Assembly: GCA_026418615.1 (NCBI GenBank)
Contig: JAOAAY010000005.1
Location: 51,818-115,817 of the forward strand
DNA length: 64,000 nt
Reading direction: 5' to 3'
Source: Candidatus Sumerlaeaceae bacterium
Lineage (GTDB): Bacteria > Sumerlaeota > Sumerlaeia > Sumerlaeales > Sumerlaeaceae
Part shown: positions 38,984-48,673 of the stretch, one piece after another
How positions within the stretch are numbered: position 1 is the stretch's first letter
Layout: each line of letters starts with the position of its first letter
The notes under the pieces: generated by a model
Told to the model about the DNA's origin: nothing
The model's input: the letters and a program-made list of their open reading frames with translations, nothing else
The model's database searches: none
Position numbers and translations under genes: made by a program

Positions 38984-40762
38984 ATGAAGCAAGCAAACCG
39001 CTTGTCCGTCGCGGCATCCGTCCGTTTGTGGTTTGCAGTATGTTTGTTGCTTCTCAGTCCGCTGCAACCGGCGCAAGCCCAGCAGACGCTGGCCGATGCC
39101 GACTGGTTCGTGCGCCCAATTGCCGACGGGGTGGTGTGGCGCTACTACCTGTTCGATAATATGTTTGGCTCAAAGCAAAGCATTAGTTACCTTGAAGTAG
39201 ACCTCAAGAATCCCAATGTATCCGTGGAAACTCCATACCTTGCCGCCGCACGCCAGCGCACGAGTGTCATGGTGCCGGCGCAGTTTCCTGCTGCGGCGGG
39301 TGCCATCAACGGCACCTATTTCGACACCACCGGCAGCGGAGGCCACCGGACCTATCTCCGGGTCAACAACACGGTGATCCCACCGGGTGGAGCACTGTTC
39401 TCGCCGTGGGGATGGGACAGCGCGATTGCCAAGGACTCCTCAGGCTCGGTGTCCATTATTAAGATGCCAACCGGAGGATGGGCAGCGGAAACAACCCATC
39501 CCAACATCATGGCGTGCGGGCCGCTGCTCGTGGATGCCGGAACGATACCGACCGCCTATCTTAACAGCATCGGCAGCCATTGCACCTCGAGGCACCCGCG
39601 CAGCGCGGTGGGAGTCACGACGGACAGCCGCCTGATCATGGTAACCGTGGATGGACGCACCGACATGGCCGCCGGCATGACCTGCACGGAATTGGCCGAC
39701 ATCATGCTCCAACTTGGATGCCCGTACGCGATGAATCTCGACGGCGGCGGCTCGACAACGCTGTGGGGCCGCGGCGAGCAATATGGCGGCGTGCTCAACT
39801 TTCCGTCCGACAACTCGGTCTACGACCACCTCGGAGAGCGGGCATGCTCGAATGCCGTTGCGGTCATTGCGCCGACAACGACCCCGCTGGCTTGGGACGC
39901 GCGTCTGACAGGCAAAAGTTTTTCCGCCTTCATGGACAGCGGGACCAGTCAAACGGTGACGCTCACCTATCAGAATGCCGGCACGCAAACCTGGACGGCG
40001 ACCGCCACGAAACTGTCGGTCGCGCGGCCGGACACACGCACAAGCCCGTTGCGCGACCCCGCGACCTGGCCGGGAACCACCGAGCCTGCGGTCATGAGCC
40101 CGGCCACCGTTGCGCCCGGCCAAACTGCCTCGTTTACATTCCGATTCAAGGCTCCAGAGACAAGCACAACGCTGACCTTTGACGAACACTTCAAACTGGT
40201 GCAGTTGGGTGTCGGACGCATCGGACCGGCCGACAGCGAAGCGTGGATGCGCATCAATGTGCTGCCGCCTTATTCGGGAGCCACAACTTTCATCGTCGAG
40301 AGCCGCTTGGGCGGACAAAATATTGCTTGGTACACGGACAGCGGCATGGCGGACACCGGAACGAATTGCTCGGCGCCGGGCGTGACTCCGGGTATCGGCA
40401 GCCGTTACGGCTCGACTTACCGCAGCGTGGCCGGCGCCAAGAGCGCCACCGTCAGCCCGAACTTCCCGAGGGCGGGCAACTACAATGTTTATGTGACATG
40501 GGGAGCCGGTTCCAACCGCCGCAATCCGATCACCTACAAGGTCAACCACACCAGCGGAACCAGCGTGTTCCTCATTGACCAGACCGCGACAGCCAATGTG
40601 TGGGTCCGGCTGGGTTCGGGGCCGTTCCCGTTTGCTGCCGGCCCCGGCGGAACGGTCGTCATGTCCAACGAAAACATTGATGTCAGCGGCTCCATGTACA
40701 TCTCGGCCGTCAAGTTCGAGCATGTGCCTGATGCCGCGGTGGACGACTGGATGTTGTACTGA
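38984..40762 (+). CDS. Secreted phosphodiester glycosidase family protein (DUF2233/NAGPA-like) with Ig-like and C-terminal accessory domains
   Basis: A signal peptide is present. The core motifs are GPLLVDAG, HPRSAVGVTTDSRLIMVTVDGR and MNLDGGGSTT. The C-terminal ~280 aa form beta-rich accessory domains. Confidence 0.8.
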   Translation: MKQANRLSVAASVRLWFAVCLLLLSPLQPAQAQQTLADADWFVRPIADGVVWRYYLFDNMFGSKQSISYLEVDLKNPNVSVETPYLAAARQRTSVMVPAQFPAAAGAINGTYFDTTGSGGHRTYLRVNNTVIPPGGALFSPWGWDSAIAKDSSGSVSIIKMPTGGWAAETTHPNIMACGPLLVDAGTIPTAYLNSIGSHCTSRHPRSAVGVTTDSRLIMVTVDGRTDMAAGMTCTELADIMLQLGCPYAMNLDGGGSTTLWGRGEQYGGVLNFPSDNSVYDHLGERACSNAVAVIAPTTTPLAWDARLTGKSFSAFMDSGTSQTVTLTYQNAGTQTWTATATKLSVARPDTRTSPLRDPATWPGTTEPAVMSPATVAPGQTASFTFRFKAPETSTTLTFDEHFKLVQLGVGRIGPADSEAWMRINVLPPYSGATTFIVESRLGGQNIAWYTDSGMADTGTNCSAPGVTPGIGSRYGSTYRSVAGAKSATVSPNFPRAGNYNVYVTWGAGSNRRNPITYKVNHTSGTSVFLIDQTATANVWVRLGSGPFPFAAGPGGTVVMSNENIDVSGSMYISAVKFEHVPDAAVDDWMLY

Positions 40763-40900
40763 GACCGCCACGGATTCAGAGGGTGGGATCATGCCCGCGG
40801 TCCGATGCCGGGCGATGGCGAATTTGCACTTGGCTTTGAGCGGCCCGCCGGTCTCCGTCGTCTTGATCTGCCACTCTGGTCGGAAAAGGGGATTAAGCCC

Positions 40901-41998
40901 ATGCTTGGAAGCGATCTGTTAGCATCTCTTGCCGTTGCCCGAGGTTATCGCTCGCGGCGATGCTCCAGTTACGACCGGTCAGGGGGCAATCTCGACTGGG
41001 TGCCCATCAAAGCGCGCGAGCGTGTGGTGGTGGCCGACATTTCAGGCGCCGGCATCATTAAGCACATTTGGATGACAGTGGCTGCTTCGGACCGTCTGTG
41101 GCCGCGTCAACTGGTGCTGCGGATGTGGTGGGATGGCGAGGCGACGCCCAGCGTGGAGGTGCCCATCGGGGATTTTTTTGGCGTAGGGCACGCGCGCGTC
41201 AGCCATTTCATGTCACTGCCGCTCAACATGGTAACCGGACCCAATGCGCTGAAAGACAACCGTGCGGCCATGAACTGCTTTTTCCCCATGCCGTTCGAGC
41301 GCGGCGCGCACATCGAAATCGAGAATGAATCCGATCAAGACATCACGAGCCTTTACTACTATGTGGATTACGAGGAGCACGAGGCGCTGCCGCCGGACAT
41401 GCTGCGGTTTCACGCCCAGTGGCGGCGGGAGAATCCCACCGCCGGCTACGAAACATGGCAGATCGAGGATCCGTGGATTCACTTCCGCGACGACAAAAAC
41501 ACGACTGGCGACGGCAATTATGTGATTCTCGACGCAACAGGCCGGGGACACTATGCCGGATGCGTTGTTTCCATTAAAAATGTCATGTACAATGATGTAT
41601 GCCACACCTGGTTCGGCGAAGGCGATGACATGATTTTTGTGGACGGCGAGAAGTGGCCGCCGGCGTTGCACGGCACGGGCACCGAGGACTACTTCTGCGC
41701 CGCCTGGGGCTATCCGTCGGGCAAGTATGACGGCCCCTTTCACGGTATCTCCCTCGCCGGAAATCCCGACGACTACACCGGATGGTGGACCATGTACCGC
41801 TTTCACCTCGAAAGCCCTGTCACTTTTCGCGAATCCATCCGCGTGACAATCGAGCATGGGCACAATAACGCCCGCTACGACGACTGGTCGAGCGTCGCGT
41901 ACTGGTACCAGACCGAGCCTCACGGCCCATTCCCGGCACTGCCACCAGTATCGAAGCGCCTGCCCCGTCCCCTGCAGCACTGGGAAAAAAAGGAGTAA
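40901..41998 (+). CDS. DUF2961 / GH172 family protein
   Basis: The motifs SSYDRSGGNLDW, IKHIWMT and GTEDYF are present. The ATG at 40901 follows AAAAGGGG, and the track start at 40805 adds a non-conserved extension. Confidence 0.8.
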   Translation: MLGSDLLASLAVARGYRSRRCSSYDRSGGNLDWVPIKARERVVVADISGAGIIKHIWMTVAASDRLWPRQLVLRMWWDGEATPSVEVPIGDFFGVGHARVSHFMSLPLNMVTGPNALKDNRAAMNCFFPMPFERGAHIEIENESDQDITSLYYYVDYEEHEALPPDMLRFHAQWRRENPTAGYETWQIEDPWIHFRDDKNTTGDGNYVILDATGRGHYAGCVVSIKNVMYNDVCHTWFGEGDDMIFVDGEKWPPALHGTGTEDYFCAAWGYPSGKYDGPFHGISLAGNPDDYTGWWTMYRFHLESPVTFRESIRVTIEHGHNNARYDDWSSVAYWYQTEPHGPFPALPPVSKRLPRPLQHWEKKE

Positions 41999-42097
41999 GT
42001 GAACAGCAAAGAACTTGCGCCGGCGCGAGGCCCGTGTCATGAAACTGCGCGGTAACTGTTCCCCAAGCCTTGTCCCACACTTTTCTCGGAGGGAGCC

Positions 42098-43288
42098 ATG
42101 AGGTCTCGCCATCTCTTAGGATATGCTATAGCAGCGCTTCTGCTGTCGGGCTGTGCATCGAAGGAACCACTGGATTACCTGCCCGAGTGCGCTGCCTATT
42201 TTGGAATCAGTTCGACGAAGATGCGGGAACAGTCGGGTGCCAAGCGACTGCTCAAGGTCATGGAGGCGCTCGATCCGGCCGGTGCCGGCGGGTCTGAAAA
42301 GGTCGGACGGTTTGTTGGCGGAGTACAGAGTCTGACGGTAGGCGGCAGGCCGGCCTTTTTTGGCATAGTCACCGGGCAGCCGGGCATGAGCCAAGCCTTG
42401 ATCGAGGAAACCAAAAAATCCGGTTCCGCAACCGAGACAAAGATTGACGGCAAGCGCGCCGTCACAGTCACGGGCGGCCCGGTGATGGTGGTCCTCAACG
42501 ATGCTGCCATGCTGGTGGCGGGCAGCCAATCAGATTTCGGCACCATGCAGCAGACGGCGCGCAACAAGAATCCCCGCGCGACGGCCTCGGTCACATTCCA
42601 GAAATTTAACAGCCTCATAGGCACCCACGCAATGGTCGCTGTCCTGAACACGGAACCCCTGCTGGCGCTGGCGCGTCCCCAACTGGCCATGGTGGAAAAA
42701 CTTGATCCAAAGGGTTATGCGGCTCTCAACAAGGTTCGGACGGCTTCGATTGTCTTCGACTGGGACACAGCGCCCAAAGTGGAGGCAGTCCTCAACACCG
42801 ACACCAAAGAGGACAGCGAGGCCCTGGCAGCGCTCCTCAACAATGCCCTCATGATGGCCAAAATGCAGGCGGGCGTAGCGCAGCAGATGCCGACCTTCCT
42901 CTCCAACCTGACTGCCAAGAGTGGGGCTAACGGAGCCACCATAGCCGTGGAAATCCCCAAAGAACAGGCTGACGCCATGTTGGACAAGGCGGAGAAGGCC
43001 CTCGCCGACCTGCCAAAGGACCCCAAGCAACGCGAAGCGGCTGCGCAGCGGCTGATGATGGAACTGATGACAAGTGGTGTGTCGGGCAGCCCATCAGCCA
43101 CCGACACGCGAATGGTGCCGCCCCCGAATCCCGGTGCTGCTCCCCCGCCGTCGCGCCCGGGAGCGATGGTCCCTCAAACGGCTCCGGGGCTGACAGTGCC
43201 CGCCCAGCCCCAACAGACGCCGGCACAGCGGCCGATGACGCCGCCGGCATTTACGCCGCCGGCGGCCGCCACACCCGTCCGACAGTAA
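42098..43288 (+). CDS. Hypothetical lipoprotein with Pro-rich C-terminus
   Basis: The lipobox LLLSGC is present in MRSRHLLGYAIAALLLSGCASKE. GGAGGGA precedes the ATG. I recognise no family. Confidence 0.65.
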   Translation: MRSRHLLGYAIAALLLSGCASKEPLDYLPECAAYFGISSTKMREQSGAKRLLKVMEALDPAGAGGSEKVGRFVGGVQSLTVGGRPAFFGIVTGQPGMSQALIEETKKSGSATETKIDGKRAVTVTGGPVMVVLNDAAMLVAGSQSDFGTMQQTARNKNPRATASVTFQKFNSLIGTHAMVAVLNTEPLLALARPQLAMVEKLDPKGYAALNKVRTASIVFDWDTAPKVEAVLNTDTKEDSEALAALLNNALMMAKMQAGVAQQMPTFLSNLTAKSGANGATIAVEIPKEQADAMLDKAEKALADLPKDPKQREAAAQRLMMELMTSGVSGSPSATDTRMVPPPNPGAAPPPSRPGAMVPQTAPGLTVPAQPQQTPAQRPMTPPAFTPPAAATPVRQ

Positions 43289-43296
43289 CCCGCTGG

Positions 43297-44487
43297 CTAT
43301 ACGACCGAGACATAGATTTTGCCCGGCATCTGTTTGACAACCTGTTTCAGTTCCAGTGCGAGCAGAATAGCCGACAGCCGCGCCGGGGTCACCTGAGTTT
43401 CATCCAACCGCGACAACAGCAAATCAAAATGCTGCGGTTCATGGGCTATCAGTTGGAACACCTGCTCCTCCTCCGGCGTCAGCGGCGCCCGCGGTGAAAC
43501 GGATGGCGTCTGAGCGGACTCCCCGGTCGGTGACCCGCTTTCGGCAAACGCCTCCTCACGCAGGTAACCGCGCAGAACATGGCGCATCTCCATGAGAATA
43601 TCCTCTGGCCTCTGCACGAGTTTGGCTCCCGCCTGAATCAGGCCGTTGGTCCCCCGCGAGTTGAGGCGCGTCACATCGCCCGGCACAGCGAAAACAAAAC
43701 GGTTTTCCTCGAGAGCCTCCCGCGCTGTGATGAGCGCCCCGGATTTCTCGGCAGCCTCCACAACAAGAGTGCCGAGCGAGATGGCAGCGATGACATGGTT
43801 GCGCTCGGGAAAATTGAACCGGTCAGGCGGCGTCTGCATCGGATATTCGCTTAGCAGAGCCCCTCCGGATGCCAAAATGTCCTCGCGCAACCGTTCATGC
43901 TCGGCCGGATAACACACGGAATGACCGTTACCGAGGATCGCCAGCGTCCGCCCGCCGGCGCGCAGTGCGGCCTCATGCGCTGCGGCGTCAATGCCGCGGG
44001 CAAAACCGCTGACAATCGTCAAACCGCAGGCAGCAAGGCGTCCGGCCATCTGCTGGGTCACCCCCCGGCCGTACTGCGTCGCATGCCGCGAGCCGACAAT
44101 GGCAAGGGCATAGCGATCCGATGGAGCGAGGCGACCCCGCAAGAACAGCAAGGGCGGAGCAAAAGAGGACTGTCGCAGATTTTCCGGGTATTCGGGATCC
44201 TCCAGCGTCAGGAGCGTCACGCCGAGGCGGGCCATCTGCTCTTCCTCGGGCCCCGTTTCGACGGTTCGAGGTGCGTCCAGGATTTTTCGTGCCAAATCCT
44301 CATCAAACCCGCGCAGGGCGGAAATCTCCTTGGCCGGCGCACCGAGCACAACCTCGGGACTCTGAAAGTGGTCAATAAGCGCGTAGAACCGGACCCGCGT
44401 CATCTCGGGCAACAAACGCAGGATCAGCCACGGTCTCTTGTTTTCGGCCAAGGTCATTCGCTTCTGCCCGGCGCGGGAACCGACCAT
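43297..44487 (-). CDS. dprA: DNA-processing protein DprA (Smf)
   Basis: The Rossmann-like core carries IVSGFARGIDAAAHEAAL and a C-terminal winged-helix-like tail. An alternative start is at 44457. Confidence 0.9.
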   Translation of the reverse strand: MVGSRAGQKRMTLAENKRPWLILRLLPEMTRVRFYALIDHFQSPEVVLGAPAKEISALRGFDEDLARKILDAPRTVETGPEEEQMARLGVTLLTLEDPEYPENLRQSSFAPPLLFLRGRLAPSDRYALAIVGSRHATQYGRGVTQQMAGRLAACGLTIVSGFARGIDAAAHEAALRAGGRTLAILGNGHSVCYPAEHERLREDILASGGALLSEYPMQTPPDRFNFPERNHVIAAISLGTLVVEAAEKSGALITAREALEENRFVFAVPGDVTRLNSRGTNGLIQAGAKLVQRPEDILMEMRHVLRGYLREEAFAESGSPTGESAQTPSVSPRAPLTPEEEQVFQLIAHEPQHFDLLLSRLDETQVTPARLSAILLALELKQVVKQMPGKIYVSVV

Positions 44488-44541
44488 AGCGGCCCCGCGT
44501 GATTCAAACAGAAAAACGCCCTCATGTAGCGCATCGGGCGG

Positions 44542-45045
44542 TCAGTCGTGACGGCCGGGGCTGGCCCCGCCGCGCACCGAGCCTGAACCGCCGGGATGAC
44601 TTTTGCCGGCCGCAAAAGCCACGGCAAAATCCCGGAACTGCCGGCACAAGTCGCGCGACGCCAGTTCGGCGCGCGGGACCCACTCGTAAGCGTCATGCTC
44701 AGGCCCGATGCGGAGTTTTCCGCCGGCTGGGAAACCCTCCATGATCAAGTACGCCACGCGACGCATGGGCGCAACCGACTCGGCCCAACCGGCGACGCGC
44801 TCGAGCAGGATGGCCAGACCTGTCTCTTCCAGCACCTCGCGACGGATGGCCTCGTCAAATCCTTCCCCGGGATCAATCTTCCCGCCCGGGAAGTCCCACT
44901 TGCCCGGATTGCCACGGCTTGCGGGCGAACGCCTCAACAGCAAATACTGCCCCTGCGCGTCGCGGATGAGCACCTTCACAGACAAATCGTAGCCAAGCGG
45001 CTGGGTCTCATCGGCACCCTTCGCATCGCGTGCGTCTGTCATCAT
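44542..45045 (-). CDS. NUDIX hydrolase
   Basis: The Nudix box GGKIDPGEGFDEAIRREVLEETG is present. Confidence 0.9.
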   Translation of the reverse strand: MMTDARDAKGADETQPLGYDLSVKVLIRDAQGQYLLLRRSPASRGNPGKWDFPGGKIDPGEGFDEAIRREVLEETGLAILLERVAGWAESVAPMRRVAYLIMEGFPAGGKLRIGPEHDAYEWVPRAELASRDLCRQFRDFAVAFAAGKSHPGGSGSVRGGASPGRHD

Positions 45046-45061
45046 ATGATTTGCCCTCTGG

Positions 45062-46462
45062 TCATGCTGCCTGCTTCACATTGATATGACGGCCACAGCG
45101 TCCGCAACGCACCCGGGCACCGCAAAAACTCGGACTCAATTGAATGGAAGCGCCGCAACCGCACCGGAATGTTTCCCACGAGCCGCCGCGCCGCAAAAAC
45201 TCGAGAGGCGCCTCCTGCCGGCCCGTATCCGCGCCGGCCTGTGCCGCGACACCTGCTGCCACCGCACCCGGGATCGGATTGGGACTGCCACAACGGGGGC
45301 AGCGCACAGAGTCGCCCTCAAAGCCTTCCGGCACTCGCGCTTCCATCCCGCAGGCGCAGGGGACGCTCACATACCCCGCCAGCCGCTGGATCGCCATCCG
45401 GGTCTCGGGTCGCGACTCGATGGGCCCCTCCCCAGAGGCGGCTCGCGGCGTCACAATCGGGGCTGCTTTCAGGCTCGCACCGCCAATAAGCCCGCCGCCG
45501 CGGACAGCCCGATAGGCTGCCTCATAATCTCCAAGTCCCGCTCCGGCCATCGAACGCAGAATGCACACACGCTCAAAAGTCGGCGGGTGGGTGGAAAACA
45601 AACTGCTCGTCTCCCCGCGGGCGCCACTTAACGGATTGACGATGAACATCGGTGCGACCGCTTTGCTTACGACCAGCCTGGACGGTGTCGCGGCGATGCG
45701 CTCCAGGGCAGACGCCAGACCCTCCGGATAACGGGTGTACTGAGCCGCACAGGCATCCGCAAGAAACTCGCGTTTGCGGGAGGTGGCAAAGTAAAGGATT
45801 TGCGCGACAATCGGCCCCAAAATGGCAACGACCACCGCGACGAGCAGGATGATCAGTTGCGCCTGACCGCTGCTGCTGCCGCTGCGTGAGCGCGAGCGGC
45901 TCCCCGCCCGAAACCCTCCGTAACGGAGCATTCGCCATGTCAACTCACTCAGCATGATGATGGACCCGAGCATGACACCGGCCAGAGTCATGAAGTGGGT
46001 GTCGCGGTTTTTCAGGTGGGCGATTTCATGGGCGATCACCCCCTGCAACTCGTCGCGATTGAGGCGGTACAGCAGTCCCGAGGTGACGGCGACCGCGCTT
46101 GTCTCGGGCTTGCGGCCGATCGCGAAGGCATTGGGCGACGGGTTATCTATCAGATAAACCTTCGGCATGAATGGAAGGCCCGAGGCCAATTTCATCTCCT
46201 CGACAATGTTAAACAGCCTCGGCATGTCGTCGCGCGACAGTTCGCGCGCACCCATACCCGCCAGCAGCACTGACTCGGCTGCAGCATAGTAAATGGCCAA
46301 CTGGACAAGAAAGATGATCAGCGCCACAGCCAGCCCGATCAGCCCCGCGCCGGGACCGAAGCCGACTTCTCCCAGCGCATAACCCATCAGAGCGAGCAGC
46401 CCGCCCATGAGAGTGATCAGCAGTGCCGAGCGACGCTGATTGGCCCGGATCTGTTCCCACAT
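45062..46462 (-). CDS. M48 (HtpX-like) zinc metalloprotease with two C-terminal zinc-ribbon modules
   Basis: N-terminal TM helices and the motif HEIAHLKNRD are present. The C-terminal Cys pairs are CACG...RCPRCG and CGCG...RCGRCG. Confidence 0.85.
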   Translation of the reverse strand: MWEQIRANQRRSALLITLMGGLLALMGYALGEVGFGPGAGLIGLAVALIIFLVQLAIYYAAAESVLLAGMGARELSRDDMPRLFNIVEEMKLASGLPFMPKVYLIDNPSPNAFAIGRKPETSAVAVTSGLLYRLNRDELQGVIAHEIAHLKNRDTHFMTLAGVMLGSIIMLSELTWRMLRYGGFRAGSRSRSRSGSSSGQAQLIILLVAVVVAILGPIVAQILYFATSRKREFLADACAAQYTRYPEGLASALERIAATPSRLVVSKAVAPMFIVNPLSGARGETSSLFSTHPPTFERVCILRSMAGAGLGDYEAAYRAVRGGGLIGGASLKAAPIVTPRAASGEGPIESRPETRMAIQRLAGYVSVPCACGMEARVPEGFEGDSVRCPRCGSPNPIPGAVAAGVAAQAGADTGRQEAPLEFLRRGGSWETFRCGCGASIQLSPSFCGARVRCGRCGRHINVKQAA

Positions 46463-46501
46463 GGCCGCGCTATCCTGCCGCCATTCCCGAACCGACGCCG
46501 C

Positions 46502-47071
46502 TTACTTGAAACTCACCTTGGGAGCCTCACGGACGGCTTCCTCGCGAACTTCAAAGAATTCGCGCTTCGCGAACCTAAACATTCCCGCCACAATGTTTGC
46601 AGGGAACTGCTGAATGCGGGTGTTATAAGTCATGGTCCGGTCATTGAAAAACTGGCGGGCGAAGGCGATCTTGTTCTCCGTAGAGGTCAACTCTTCCTGA
46701 AGTGCGAGGAAGTTTTGGTTGGCCTTGAGGTCCGGATAGGCTTCGGAAACCGCAAAAAGGCTTTTCAAGGCGCCGGTCAGAAGGTTTTCTGCCTCGGCCG
46801 CTTGCGCAGGGGTTTTGGCCGCCACTGCCATGTTGCGGGCCTGAATGACTTTCTCCAGGGTTTCGCGTTCGTGAGCCGCGTAGCCCTTCACCGTCTCAAC
46901 AAGGTTTGGGATCAGGTCATGCCGCCGTTTGAGTTGCACATCAATCTGCGCCCACGAATTGTCGAGTTCATTGCGCAGCGTCACCAACGAGTTGTACACG
47001 GCGATCACATACAGCGCGGGCAGCACAAACAACACGACGATGACGATCACGCCGATTCCTACACTCGCCAT
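46502..47071 (-). CDS. LemA family protein
   Basis: The ORF is 189 aa with an N-terminal TM helix. The conserved stretch YNSLVTLRNELDNSWAQIDVQLKRRHDLIPNLVETVKGYA is present. Confidence 0.9.
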   Translation of the reverse strand: MASVGIGVIVIVVLFVLPALYVIAVYNSLVTLRNELDNSWAQIDVQLKRRHDLIPNLVETVKGYAAHERETLEKVIQARNMAVAAKTPAQAAEAENLLTGALKSLFAVSEAYPDLKANQNFLALQEELTSTENKIAFARQFFNDRTMTYNTRIQQFPANIVAGMFRFAKREFFEVREEAVREAPKVSFK

Positions 47072-47147
47072 ACCACTGCCTCCTTAAATTGAATATCAGA
47101 TCCCGCGCCCGATCAAACGCCGAACTTGCGGCCGAATGCCAGAACAA

Positions 47148-47534
47148 TTAGCACTCCGCGTTGGCGCTGTCACATGTGTGGAGACTGCGCAGCAGGCGCT
47201 CAAAGTGCCCCATATCAAACGGTTTGGCAATCACTCCGTCCATCCCCGATGCCAGGAACAATTCCCGGTCGGAGTCTCCTGCGTGCGCTGTCAGGGCCAG
47301 GATGAGAGTTCGGCATCCGACACCCTCTTGCTCGCGTATCAAGCGAGCCGCCTCGCAGCCGTCCAAGACAGGCATCTCGCAGTCCATAAGAATCAGGTCA
47401 AAGCCCTCGCGACTGGCCTTGTCCACGGCCTCCTGCCCGTTCGCAGCACATATGACTTCGTGCCCCGCCCGACGGAGCATACGCTCCACGATCAGGCGAT
47501 TGACCGGGTCGTCCTCGGCAAGTAGGATTCTCAC
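47148..47534 (-). CDS. Single-domain response regulator (receiver only)
   Basis: The motifs MRILLAEDD, LILMDCEMPVLDG and ALTAHA are present, and there is no output domain. The start overlaps the upstream gene by 4 nt. Confidence 0.9.
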   Translation of the reverse strand: MRILLAEDDPVNRLIVERMLRRAGHEVICAANGQEAVDKASREGFDLILMDCEMPVLDGCEAARLIREQEGVGCRTLILALTAHAGDSDRELFLASGMDGVIAKPFDMGHFERLLRSLHTCDSANAEC

Positions 47535-47977
47535 GCTTTCGGATCACTCGATGGGGATGACAGCGCCTCGCCGAACATCTCGTTGAGAAACGCAAGAGCC
47601 TCATTTGCACCCGACGATGGTGACGAGCGCGCTAGTAAACGATGGAACTCGCCGCGGTCGAACCACACACCATGGCCGCGCGGGCACCGGTCCACGGTCA
47701 AATCCTCCGCGTCGCCGGCTGCGGCGGGCGCACGGTGCTCCTCCATCCGCTCATCACACCGCGGGCACAACCGCTTCCCCCGAACAGACCGCGCTGACGG
47801 CCGGGTGAGAAACGCTACCCGGGGATCCTCCAGGCACACACCCGTGCGCTCCAACAAATCCTCAATCTCTCCGGCGTCGAACCATACCCCGCCGCATTGT
47901 GAGCAGGCGTCCACCTCGATCCCCTTGTATGCCAAAATCATCAGGGAGCGGTCGCACTGGGGACAAACCGGAATCAT
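47531..47977 (-). CDS. Tandem zf-TFIIB-type zinc-ribbon protein
   Basis: Two modules are present: CPQC...CSQCGGVWFDAGEIEDLL and CPRC...CPRGHGVWFDRGEFHRLL. Confidence 0.75.
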   Translation of the reverse strand: MIPVCPQCDRSLMILAYKGIEVDACSQCGGVWFDAGEIEDLLERTGVCLEDPRVAFLTRPSARSVRGKRLCPRCDERMEEHRAPAAAGDAEDLTVDRCPRGHGVWFDRGEFHRLLARSSPSSGANEALAFLNEMFGEALSSPSSDPKA

Positions 47978-48128
47978 GGCCAGCAGCCTCCGGATAATGC
48001 GATAATTGGGTCAAGAATCATTTGTCACATGAACCCCCGCCGACATTAGCGACAATAATATAGTACTTGGTTGGTACCAATGTCAGCCCGCACAAACGGG
48101 CGCATTTCGAACCGGGAGAGAATTCACG

Positions 48129-48584
48129 ATGTCGCTGTTCAACATGGCTCCGCAATATCCCGTAGAGTTGACGGAACCGATGCGCCGCGAACTGACGCAA
48201 CTCGGCGTGGAGGATCTGCGGACGCCCGACGCGGTAGATGCAGTCCTCGGTGCCAAGCAGGGCACTGTCCTTGTCGTCGTGAACTCCGTGTGTGGGTGTG
48301 CGGCAGGCAATGCTCGCCCCGGCGTCGCTCGGGCGCTACAGCACCCTGTTCTGCCCGATCGCATTGTGACCGTTTTTGCAGGCGTCGATCGCGACGCAGT
48401 CGCGCGGGCGCGCTCGTATTTCACCGGTTACCAGCCGTCCTCGCCCCAGATCGCGCTCCTCAAGGACGGAAAGGTCGTGTTCATGCTGGAGCGCTCCAAC
48501 ATCGAGGGCAACGATGCTGCCGGTGTGGCGCGCGCGCTGACCGCGGCGTTTGATCAGTACTGCTCGGCGCCGGCACAGTCCTGA
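48129..48584 (+). CDS. Bacilliredoxin BrxA/BrxB family (DUF1094, YphP/YqiW-like)
   Basis: The motif VVNSVCGCAAGNARP carries the CGC redox motif, and the length of ~150 aa fits the family. Confidence 0.85.
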   Translation: MSLFNMAPQYPVELTEPMRRELTQLGVEDLRTPDAVDAVLGAKQGTVLVVVNSVCGCAAGNARPGVARALQHPVLPDRIVTVFAGVDRDAVARARSYFTGYQPSSPQIALLKDGKVVFMLERSNIEGNDAAGVARALTAAFDQYCSAPAQS

Positions 48585-48673
48585 CGGCCCGGCAGCCCGT
48601 CTGATTCCCGCTTGCGGCTGGCGTCAGTCTCTGACTGATTCGGCGACATGAGCACGGTCAGGCGGCGTATCGT

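Noticed and set aside
48106-48113. TTCGAACC, the reverse complement of a T-loop-like GGTTCGAA, as a hint of a tRNA.
   Set aside because: The flanking bases do not form a T-stem or an acceptor stem, and the site lies in the leader of the bacilliredoxin gene.
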